Source: Candidatus Methylomirabilia bacterium
GTDB taxonomy: Bacteria > Methylomirabilota > Methylomirabilia > Rokubacteriales > CSP1-6
Length of the DNA stretch: 38,185 bases
Assembly (NCBI GenBank): GCA_041497895.1
Contig: JBGQHJ010000029.1
Location: 1-38,185 of the forward strand
Reading direction: 5' to 3'
A program made the translations under genes and the position numbers. Shown here piece by piece: positions 17,151-25,010 of the stretch; position 1 is the first letter of the stretch; every line of letters begins with the position of its first letter. The notes beneath the pieces are model-generated. The model ran no database searches, was not told the DNA's origin, and was given only the letters and a program-made list of their open reading frames with translations.

Positions 17151-18404
17151 TCAGGCGGGCGACGGGGCCAGGCGAGACAGCTCCACCGCCTCGTCGGCCA
17201 GGCGGGCGGGATCGACGCGGGCGCGGCTGCGGATCAGGCCGGCCACGGCCTTGAGCTCGCTCTCCGACTTCGGGTCGTCCGGATCGCCGCCCCGGTCGAG
17301 GCCGACCGCCGCGCGCAGCACGCCGTCCTTCAGGTAGAAGCCGAGGAACTTCCGGCTCTCCGGCCGGCCCCGGAACACGAGACGGTCCCACGTCGCGGCG
17401 AAGCCCACGTACTCGATCAGATGCTCGTACTGATCCGACCAGAACGAGTGGACGTAGTCGTAGGGCTCGCTCCCGCCCAGCATCGCGCGGGCCGCGGCCC
17501 GGCCGTGGTGGAGCCCGTTGTTCCAGTGCTCCACGCGGAGACGGCCGAAGACCGGGTGCTGGTGGCTGGCCACGTCGCCCGCCGCGTAGACGTCCGGCAG
17601 CGAGGTGCGGCACTGCGGATCGACGACCACGCCGTTGTCGACGCGGGCGCCGGCCTCCGCCAGCAGCTCCTGGTTGGGCTCGATCCCGATGCCGGCCACC
17701 ACCAGGTCGCAGGCGAGCACTCGCCCCTTGGCGGTCCGCACCCGCTCGACGCGCCCGGCGCCCTCGAACGCGGCGACCGAATCGCCCAGCACCAGCTCCA
17801 CCCCCCGGTCCCGGTGGATGCCGGCCAGCACCGCGCCCACCTCGGGGCCGAGAACGCGCGCGAGCGGAACCGGGTGCCCCTCGATCGCCGACACCGCCAC
17901 GCCCATCTGGCGGAGCGACGCGGTCACCTCGGATCCGATGAAGCCCATGCCGACCACGACCGCGCGGGCGCCGCCGCGCGCGGCGTCACGGATACGGTCG
18001 CAGTCCTCGACGGTCCGGAGCTGGAAGATGCCGGAGAGATCCGCGCCCGGGGTGCGCAGCTCGCGGTTGCGCCCGCCGGTGGTCACCAGCAGCCGGTCGT
18101 ACAGCACCGTCTCGCCGCCGCCCAGCTCGACCACCCGCCGCGCCGGATCCACGCGGGTCGCGCGCGCGCCGAGCCGGACCGTGACGCGCTCCTTGCCGTA
18201 GAAGTCCGCCGGGTTGACGAGCTGATCCTCGAGGCGCTCCTGGCCGCGGAGGTAGCCCTTCGAGAGCGCGGGTCGGCTGTAGGGCAGCCGGGCCTCCTCC
18301 CCGATCAGCGTCAGCTCGCCCTCGAAGCCGCCCTCACGCAGCGCCGCCGCAGCGCTGGCCCCGGCCAGCGACGCGCCGACGATCACGAACCGACCGGTCG
18401 TCAT
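17151..18404 (-). CDS. FAD/NAD(P)H-dependent ferredoxin reductase (putidaredoxin reductase-like)
   Basis: IVGASLAG, PYSRPALSK, VVGMGFIGSE, TSLPDVYAAGD, RVEHW, FWSDQY. SD AGGAG precedes ATG 18404. Confidence 0.92.
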   Translation of the reverse strand: MTTGRFVIVGASLAGASAAAALREGGFEGELTLIGEEARLPYSRPALSKGYLRGQERLEDQLVNPADFYGKERVTVRLGARATRVDPARRVVELGGGETVLYDRLLVTTGGRNRELRTPGADLSGIFQLRTVEDCDRIRDAARGGARAVVVGMGFIGSEVTASLRQMGVAVSAIEGHPVPLARVLGPEVGAVLAGIHRDRGVELVLGDSVAAFEGAGRVERVRTAKGRVLACDLVVAGIGIEPNQELLAEAGARVDNGVVVDPQCRTSLPDVYAAGDVASHQHPVFGRLRVEHWNNGLHHGRAAARAMLGGSEPYDYVHSFWSDQYEHLIEYVGFAATWDRLVFRGRPESRKFLGFYLKDGVLRAAVGLDRGGDPDDPKSESELKAVAGLIRSRARVDPARLADEAVELSRLAPSPA

Positions 18405-18474
18405 GGTCTCCTGCCCTCCGGGGATCATTGAACGCCCGATCGGGCCGTCTGTCCAAGACTTGGCCGGTCCGCGC

Positions 18475-19521
18475 TCAGTTCATGCCCGGCGCTCGCCCGG
18501 TGCCCGGCGCCGCGACCACCGCCGGCGCCTCCTCGCCGTCCCACGCGCGCAGGGCGTCGACGCTGGCGCCCGCGACCCTCGCCGTCAGCGGATCGTCCCC
18601 CTTGACCGACGGGACGATCCGGGTGACGAGCCGCTCGCCCGGGCGAATCTCACCCGTCAACACCTGCCGGTACACCCGGAACCCCGCGTAGCGGGCCGAG
18701 ACCTGCGCGGTGAACGGGCCAGCCCCGGCGCCGGTGAGGATCAGCGTGTAGGCGCCCGCGGCGCCCGCGGGCACCTCGACGACCCAGCGCTGTCGGCCCC
18801 GGCTCGCGGTGAGCGAGCCGAACACCTGGTTGACCTCGATGTCCTCGGCCAGGAAGCCGGCGGCGACACCGCCGTCGGGCATCTGGAGCAAGGGCAGGAT
18901 CGGACCGGACGCCTCGATCTCGATGGTGCTCGCCCCGGCCACGAAGGGCTCCGGGGTGATGGGCCAGCCGCGCCGCGCCCACGCGCGCTGTCCCGCCATC
19001 AGCACCGCCTCGCCCTGGCCGGCGCTGTTGTTGATGGTCATCAGGCCGCGCCGCGTCCAGCAGACGAAGCCCTCCGGACGGCGCTCGGCCCCGATCAGCC
19101 CGTCGCGAGCGGTCGCGCTGTAGTCGTTGGACTCGAGCGTGAGGGCCGACCGGCTCCCCGCCGCCTGCACCACGCGCGCCCAGACCCGGCCGGCGTGGAT
19201 GAACAGGCGCATCGCGCCGGTGCCGCGCTCGGAGACCGCCTGCTTCACGGTGACCTCGGAGTCCGGCAGCACGGTGACCGTGGTGCCGTTCAGGAACGTG
19301 ATCAGGGCCATGCTGCGCGCGCCGGTCCTGATCCGGTCACCGTCCGCGAGATTCATGCCGCTGGCGCCGGGCTCCGCGGCGCTCGCGCCCGCCGGAATCC
19401 GCTCGACCGGCGGGGCCAGGACGCTGAGGGTCGCCGCGACCTCGGATTGAGCCTCCGCGGCCGACGCCAGCCCCAGCGTCCCCACCAGGATCGCCACCAT
19501 CCGCCAAGCTCGCCACGCCAT
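18475..19521 (-). CDS. Exported FecR-domain-containing protein
   Basis: Signal peptide, then GMNLADGDRIRTG...ALITFLNGTTVTVLPDSEV...GRVWARV (FecR-like). SD GGAGG. Confidence 0.7.
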   Translation of the reverse strand: MAWRAWRMVAILVGTLGLASAAEAQSEVAATLSVLAPPVERIPAGASAAEPGASGMNLADGDRIRTGARSMALITFLNGTTVTVLPDSEVTVKQAVSERGTGAMRLFIHAGRVWARVVQAAGSRSALTLESNDYSATARDGLIGAERRPEGFVCWTRRGLMTINNSAGQGEAVLMAGQRAWARRGWPITPEPFVAGASTIEIEASGPILPLLQMPDGGVAAGFLAEDIEVNQVFGSLTASRGRQRWVVEVPAGAAGAYTLILTGAGAGPFTAQVSARYAGFRVYRQVLTGEIRPGERLVTRIVPSVKGDDPLTARVAGASVDALRAWDGEEAPAVVAAPGTGRAPGMN

Positions 19522-19596
19522 GATCCGCCTCCGTCTCGTGTCGATCGCAGCCCGCGGCGTTCCCTGCCCGCCGGCCGATCGACCGCAGGGTCACAG

Positions 19597-19612
19597 AGCA
19601 ATCGGTGCGCCA
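19597..19612 (-). promoter_or_regulatory. Putative sigma54 (-24/-12) promoter of the FecR-domain gene
   Basis: TGGCGC-ACCGA-TTGCT matches TGGCRC-N5-TTGCW with correct GG-N10-GC spacing, 75 nt upstream of the ATG. Confidence 0.65.
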
Positions 19613-19741
19613 TCGCGCACCGCGGCGTAAGTTGCCGTCGCATCGGCACCCGGCCCGGACGATCGGGCAGGACGCCCGGGGAGGCGGGCACTGCGCCCGC
19701 GGGGGAGCCGAGCTTGGCCGGCCGCGGCCGGCCGTGGTAGC

Positions 19742-20221
19742 GTGGGCTTCGACGTGACGGCGCTCTCTCGTGCGATCGCGCTGCTGGGTCTCGTGCTCAT
19801 GGGCACCGCCTGCTCGAAGGCGGTCCTCGACCCGCGGGACTACGCGATGCCGGTCGAGCCGCCGACCGCGGAGCGGGGCGCGGTCGTCGCGCGCATCGCC
19901 ACCGCCTACCTGGGCGTGCCCTATGTCTGGTCGGGGTCGAGCCCTTCGGGCTTCGACTGCTCGGGCCTGGTCGCGTACGTCTACTCCCGCGTCGGGATCA
20001 GCATCCCGCACAACGCGGCCCAGCAGTTCCGCTACGGCACGCCGGTGCCCCGGAGCGAGCTGGCCGCGGGCGACCTCGTCTTCTTCGACCACCTGCGCCA
20101 CAACGGCATCTACCTGGGCGGCGGCCGCTTCGTCCACGCCACGTCGCCGGGCGGCGTCAAGATCGCACGCCTCGACGACGACTGGTTTCGCCAGCGCTGG
20201 GCCGGCGCCCGCCGCCTCTAG
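19742..20221 (+). CDS. NlpC/P60 (C40) cell-wall peptidase, probable lipoprotein
   Basis: YLGVPYVWSG...GFDCSGLV, GDLVFF, HNGIYLG, FVHA, and lipobox-like GTAC. The real start may be GTG 19754. Confidence 0.92.
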   Translation: MGFDVTALSRAIALLGLVLMGTACSKAVLDPRDYAMPVEPPTAERGAVVARIATAYLGVPYVWSGSSPSGFDCSGLVAYVYSRVGISIPHNAAQQFRYGTPVPRSELAAGDLVFFDHLRHNGIYLGGGRFVHATSPGGVKIARLDDDWFRQRWAGARRL

Positions 20222-20223
20222 CG

Positions 20224-20349
20224 CGGGCCGCCGATAAAGGTGCATCTGCTTCGTTGGCGCCCTCGGTCGGGGCGCTCAAGGTACGGAGAGTACGCCTCGC
20301 GCCCGACCTTCGGGCGCCGCCTCGCATCTGCACCTTTTTGAGCGGCCCG
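20224..20349. repeat. 126-bp nested inverted-repeat element (MITE/REP-like or structured RNA)
   Basis: Terminal arms CGGGCCGC..AAAGGTGCA / TGCACCTTT..GCGGCCCG, inner arms GGCGCCC/GGGCGCC, GGTCGGG/CCCGACC and GTAC/GTAC. Fills the gap between convergent genes. Confidence 0.7.
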
Positions 20350-20350
20350 T

Positions 20351-21211
20351 TCAGCGGCCCGCGGCTTGGTGAGGATCCAGCCAGTCGCGGAGGCCGTCGG
20401 CGACCATGTTGAAGCCGAGCACCGCGGCCATGATCGCCACCCCGGGGAAGACCACCATCCACGGCGCCTGCACCATGAAGCCGCGCCCATCGGCCAGCAT
20501 GAGGCCGAGCGACGGCGTGGGCGGCCGCACCCCCACCCCGAGGAACGAGAGCGACGCCTCGACCAGGATCGCGATCGCCATCAGCACCGAGGCCTGCACC
20601 AGGATCGGCGTCGCCGCGTTCGGCAGGATGTGGCGCAGCACCAGTCGGAGCACCGGCGCCCCCAGTGCGCGGGCCCCGTCCACGTAGACCTCCACCTTCA
20701 CCGCGAGGACCGCGGCCCGCACGACGCGCGCCACGATCGGCGTGTAGACCACCGCGAGAGACAGCGCCACCAGCACCACGCCGGTGCCGAAGACGCTCAT
20801 CAGCGCGATGGCGAGCAGGATGGCGGGAAACGCCATCAGCACGTCGAGCGGGCGCATGATGAACTGATCGAGCGCGCCCTCCGCGTAGCCCGCGACCAGG
20901 CCCAGCGGCACGCCGGTCAGCAGGGCCAGGCCCACCGAGCCGAGCGCCACCCCGAGCGACACGCGGTAGGCGTGAACGACCCGGCTCAGGATGCTGCGCC
21001 CGAGGTCGTCCATGCCGAAGGGCTGGTCCCACGTGGGCGGGCGCAGCGCCAGGTCCTTGGCGATCTCGGTCGGGCTCCCCGGGACCAGGGACGCCAGCGC
21101 GGCCAGCAGCGCGAGCGCGCCCACCACACAGAGTCCGGCCAGGGTGACCCCGCGGTGCCGCGCCGGCAGCCCCCGGCGGAGGCCGCGCCACACGAGCATT
21201 GCCGCGCTCAT
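20351..21211 (-). CDS. Peptide/nickel ABC transporter permease (DppC/OppC-like)
   Basis: PFGMDDLGRSILSR, AFPAILLA, YVDGARALGA, RHILPN, EASLSFLGVG, DGLRDWLDP. Confidence 0.93.
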   Translation of the reverse strand: MSAAMLVWRGLRRGLPARHRGVTLAGLCVVGALALLAALASLVPGSPTEIAKDLALRPPTWDQPFGMDDLGRSILSRVVHAYRVSLGVALGSVGLALLTGVPLGLVAGYAEGALDQFIMRPLDVLMAFPAILLAIALMSVFGTGVVLVALSLAVVYTPIVARVVRAAVLAVKVEVYVDGARALGAPVLRLVLRHILPNAATPILVQASVLMAIAILVEASLSFLGVGVRPPTPSLGLMLADGRGFMVQAPWMVVFPGVAIMAAVLGFNMVADGLRDWLDPHQAAGR

Positions 21212-22155
21212 CAGCGCCGGCGCATCCGGGGGTCGATGGCCCCGTAGAGCACGTCGGTGGCGAGGTTCACCAGCATGAACATCGCGCCGATCACGAGCAC
21301 CGCGCTCTGCACCACCGGGTAGTTGCGCTCGAGGACCGCGTCGAGGGTCATGCGCCCGAGCCCGGGCAGCGTGAAGATCATCTCCACCACGATGGCCCCG
21401 CCCAGCATGTAGCCCACCTGCAGCCCGAGCACGGTGACGATCGGGATGGCCGCGTTGGGCAGCACGTGGCGGAAGAGGATCACGCGCTCGCCGAGCCCCT
21501 TGGCGCGCGCGTACTGCACGAAGCCGCGATGCATGCTGTCGAGCACCGCGGCCCGAGTGAGCCGGCCCAGCACCGCGGCGCGGCTCACCGCGAGGGTAAG
21601 CGCGGGGAGCGTCAGGTGGATCAGGTTGTCGACCGGGCTCTCCGCGAAGGGGACCCAGCCGCCCGATGGCAGCAGCCCCGCGCCGAGCGAGAGGCCGAGG
21701 ATCAGCATGATGCCGAGCCAGAAGTCGGGGAGCGAGACCCCGACCAGGCCCACCGCGAGCGCGGCGCGATCGGCCCCGCCTCCGCGCCGGCCGCCGGCCA
21801 GGAGGCCCAGCGGCACCCCGATCAGCGCGGTGCAGAGCGCGGCGAGGCCGGTAAGCTCGAGCGTCACCGGGAGCCGGTCGAGGATCATCCGACCGATCGG
21901 CTCGTTCTGGCGGAAGTCGTGCCCGAAATCGCCCCGCGCCGCCGCCCCGAGCCAGCGCAGGTACTGCTGCGGCACCGGCTCGTCGAGATGGAAGGCCTCA
22001 CGCAGGGCGGCGATGCCCTCGGGGGTGGCCTTGTAGCCGAGCACCGCCACCGCCGGGTCGCCGGGCACCAGCCGCATGAGCGCGAAGATGAGCGCGCTCA
22101 TGCCGAGCAGCAGCGGCACCGCCAGGGCCAACCGCCGCACTCCGTACAGAATCAT
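21211..22155 (-). CDS. Peptide/nickel ABC transporter permease (DppB/OppB-like)
   Basis: LVPGDPA, GDFG, RLPVTLEL, ARAKGL, VEMIFTLPGLG, DVLYGAIDPR. Confidence 0.93.
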   Translation of the reverse strand: MILYGVRRLALAVPLLLGMSALIFALMRLVPGDPAVAVLGYKATPEGIAALREAFHLDEPVPQQYLRWLGAAARGDFGHDFRQNEPIGRMILDRLPVTLELTGLAALCTALIGVPLGLLAGGRRGGGADRAALAVGLVGVSLPDFWLGIMLILGLSLGAGLLPSGGWVPFAESPVDNLIHLTLPALTLAVSRAAVLGRLTRAAVLDSMHRGFVQYARAKGLGERVILFRHVLPNAAIPIVTVLGLQVGYMLGGAIVVEMIFTLPGLGRMTLDAVLERNYPVVQSAVLVIGAMFMLVNLATDVLYGAIDPRMRRR

Positions 22156-22186
22156 CTCGCCCGCGTTCGAAAACGGTGGGGGGGGC

Positions 22187-22217
22187 CTGGGGGAGGAGCG
22201 GCGCTCGCTCCCCCCAG
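22187..22217. repeat. Intercistronic GC-rich stem-loop (REP-like or mRNA stabiliser)
   Basis: CTGGGGG-ag-GAGCG / loop GCGCT / CGCTC-CCCCCAG between the SBP and permease genes, preceded by a G run. Confidence 0.55.
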
Positions 22218-22222
22218 TTCAA

Positions 22223-23800
22223 TCAGCTCAGCCAGGTGTCCTCGAAGCGCAGCTCGAGCGACGACAGCGGCGCCGAGCCCTGGACGTTGGGCTTCATCCA
22301 GTAGCGCTGCAGCTCGTTGCTGAAGACGACCAGCGAGCCCTCCTCCTGGAACCAGCGCACCAGCTCCGGGTACATCTTCTTGCGCGCGGCGGGATTGGCG
22401 GTGAAGCGGAAGGCGTCGAGCCGCTTGTCGGCCTCCTCCGACTTGAACCCGCAGAAGTTCCACGCCGAGGAGGAGTGCTGCATCGGGTAGTAGAACATGT
22501 CGGGGTCGACGGTGACGCTCCAGTAGCCACCCGCGATGTCGAACTTCTTGCCGACCAGCTCCTCGAAGTACTGCCCGGACTCGAGCGGCCGGACGTCGAG
22601 CGTGATGCCGACCTTCTTGAGCTGCTCGCGCAGGATCTCGCCGGTCTTCACCAGCACCGGCACCTGCGACTTCACCAGGTAGGTGAGGTTGAGCCCGCTC
22701 CCCTTGCCCGCGTCGGCCAGGAGCTGCTTGGCCCGCGCGAGGTCGGGACCGCCCTTGTGGGCGTTCACCCCCGTGGCCCACGGGCTCGGCTCCGGCGTGG
22801 GCTCCGCGGTCACCACGTGGGTGTCGAAGTAGACCAGCTTCACGATCTCGGAGCGGTCGATGGCCCACGCGATGGCCTGCCGCAGGCGCTTGTCGTTGAA
22901 CGGCGGGCGGCTCGCGTTCAGCATCAGGTAGAACGGGAAGTAGGGCCGGCCGGGCGAGGACTTCATCTCGCGGGTCAGCCGCTCGAGCTCGGGGATGCGC
23001 TGGGGCGGCACGGTCTGGATCCAGTTGTAGCGCCCGGTCTGCAGCCCGGTGAGCCGCACGGTGTCGTCGGCGGGCGACTGGAAGATGATCCGGTCGAGAT
23101 ACGGCCGGCCGGGGCGGAAGTACTTGTCCCAGCGCTCCAGCGTGATGTGGTCGTCCTTCACCCACTCCACGAACTTGAAGGGCCCGGTGCCGATCGGGAA
23201 GAGCTTCGGGTCCTTCTCGGCGAGCGCCTTCTCGTTCACGATCTCGGTGGCCTGCGACAGCATCGCGAACAGCGGGCCGAAGGGCCGGCTCAGGCTGAAG
23301 CGCACCTGGTGCGGGCCGATCGCCTCCACGCCCTCGACCGGCGAGAAGAACACCCGCATCGGGAGCTTGTTCTTGGCGTCGAGCAGCCGGTTGAACGTGA
23401 AGGCCACGTCCTTGGCGGTGAAGAGCTCGCCGTTGTGGAAGACCGCGTTGTCCACCAGGTCGAAGACCCAGGCTCGGTCCCCGTCGGCCTTCCAGGACCT
23501 GGCGAGCCCGGGAGCGAACTGGCCGGTCTCGTCCACGTAGACCAGCTTGTTGTACACGTTCTGGTAGACCTGCAGCGACGAGTAGAGCTGGGCGTAGCCC
23601 GGATCCATGTTGACCGGCTTGTCGACGGTGGCGACCTTCAAGATGCCGCCGCGCTTGGGCTGACCCTGCGCCCAGGCGGGACGACCCGCGACCCCGCCCA
23701 GCGTGGTGAGCCCCGCGCCCGCGGCCAGCCCCCCCATGCGCGCCAGCCACTGCCGCCGCGTGCTCCGGCTCCAGCCGTCCGTCCGCTCCCGATCCGTCAT
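22223..23800 (-). CDS. Peptide/nickel ABC transporter substrate-binding protein (family 5), Tat-type signal
   Basis: TRRQWL twin-arginine leader, PKRGGILK, PGLARSW, VFHNG, PIGTGPFKF, PFNDKRLRQAI. ATG overlaps the upstream TGA. Confidence 0.93.
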   Translation of the reverse strand: MTDRERTDGWSRSTRRQWLARMGGLAAGAGLTTLGGVAGRPAWAQGQPKRGGILKVATVDKPVNMDPGYAQLYSSLQVYQNVYNKLVYVDETGQFAPGLARSWKADGDRAWVFDLVDNAVFHNGELFTAKDVAFTFNRLLDAKNKLPMRVFFSPVEGVEAIGPHQVRFSLSRPFGPLFAMLSQATEIVNEKALAEKDPKLFPIGTGPFKFVEWVKDDHITLERWDKYFRPGRPYLDRIIFQSPADDTVRLTGLQTGRYNWIQTVPPQRIPELERLTREMKSSPGRPYFPFYLMLNASRPPFNDKRLRQAIAWAIDRSEIVKLVYFDTHVVTAEPTPEPSPWATGVNAHKGGPDLARAKQLLADAGKGSGLNLTYLVKSQVPVLVKTGEILREQLKKVGITLDVRPLESGQYFEELVGKKFDIAGGYWSVTVDPDMFYYPMQHSSSAWNFCGFKSEEADKRLDAFRFTANPAARKKMYPELVRWFQEEGSLVVFSNELQRYWMKPNVQGSAPLSSLELRFEDTWLS

Positions 23801-24999
23801 CGCCCGCTCCTCTCCTGGATGTTCGACATGACGTCCTGGACTTCCCCGTCCTTCATGACGACCCGCACCCGCCGCAGTGCCCGGATGTCGGCCAGCGGAT
23901 CGCCCTCCACCGCGATCAGGTCCGCGCGCTTGCCCGGCGTCACCGTGCCCACTTGCCCGTCCACCCGGCAGGCTTCCGCGCCCCAGCGGGTGCCGGAGAG
24001 CAGCGCGTCGCGCGGGGAGACCCCGAAGCGCACGAGGCACTCGAGCTCGAAGGGCATGCAGCCGTGGACGCCGTCCGTCCCGGAGGCGAAGCGGACGCCG
24101 GAGGCCAGGTGGCGCGGGAACCTCTCGGTCATCACCCGGCGGGCCGCGCGGAGCTTGTCCATGATCGCGGCGTGGCGCCCGTCACCCCGCTCGATGCCGT
24201 TCTCGTGCATGAAGATCGAGAACGTGCAGATCAGCCAGGCCCGGTGCTCCTTCATCAACGCGATATCGTCGTCGGTGGCGAGTCCCGCGTGCTCGATCGT
24301 GGAGACACCTTCCTCCACGCAGAGGCGCAGGCCCGGACCCCCGTGGGCGTGGGCCGCCGCGTACTTGCCGGCGCGCGCCGCCTCCTCCACCGCGGCCCGG
24401 ATCTCCTCGCGCGAGTAGACGCTCGCGTTGAGCGTGGTGCCGGGCGAGCTGACCCCGCCGGTGGCGAAGATCTTCACGTGATCCGCCCCGCCCTGGAAGT
24501 TCTCGCGCACCCCGCGGCGGATCGCGTCGACCCCGTCGAAGGACGAGTGGGCGCGGCCATGCCCGTTGCTCGCGGTGATGCCGCGGGTGCCGCAGAGGAG
24601 CCGTGGCCCCGGGATCACGCCGGCCTCGATCGCCTCCCGCACCTGGACATCGAGGAAGCGCTCCTCGGTCATCACCCGCAGCGTGGTGGTGCCGGAGGCC
24701 AGGTCGTGGCGCAGGTTCGAGGTCGCCCGCAGGGCCTGGGGGACAACGTCCTGTCGGAGCTGGGCGATCTGGTCACCGTCACCCGGCACGATCGAGATGT
24801 GGCTGTGGGCGTCCACGAGCCCCGGCATCACGAAGCGATCGCTCCAGTCGAGCACCTCCGCCCCCGCGGGCACGGGCGTGGAGGCCGCCGGGCCGACGGC
24901 GGTGATCTGGCCGCCGTCCACCACGACGACCGCCTGGCGCGCGGGGTCCGCGCCGGTGGCGTCGAAGAGCGTGCCGCAGCGGATCGCCCGGAGTGCCAG
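23797..24999 (-). CDS. Metal-dependent amidohydrolase (prolidase-like subgroup), probable CTG start
   Basis: MPGLVDAHSH, HVKIFATGG, AHAHG, TIEHA, GTDG, PGKRADLIAV. AGGAG (25012-25008), 8 nt, then CTG at 24999. Confidence 0.85.
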   Translation of the reverse strand: MALRAIRCGTLFDATGADPARQAVVVVDGGQITAVGPAASTPVPAGAEVLDWSDRFVMPGLVDAHSHISIVPGDGDQIAQLRQDVVPQALRATSNLRHDLASGTTTLRVMTEERFLDVQVREAIEAGVIPGPRLLCGTRGITASNGHGRAHSSFDGVDAIRRGVRENFQGGADHVKIFATGGVSSPGTTLNASVYSREEIRAAVEEAARAGKYAAAHAHGGPGLRLCVEEGVSTIEHAGLATDDDIALMKEHRAWLICTFSIFMHENGIERGDGRHAAIMDKLRAARRVMTERFPRHLASGVRFASGTDGVHGCMPFELECLVRFGVSPRDALLSGTRWGAEACRVDGQVGTVTPGKRADLIAVEGDPLADIRALRRVRVVMKDGEVQDVMSNIQERSGR

Positions 25000-25010
25000 C
25001 GCGAGCGCTC

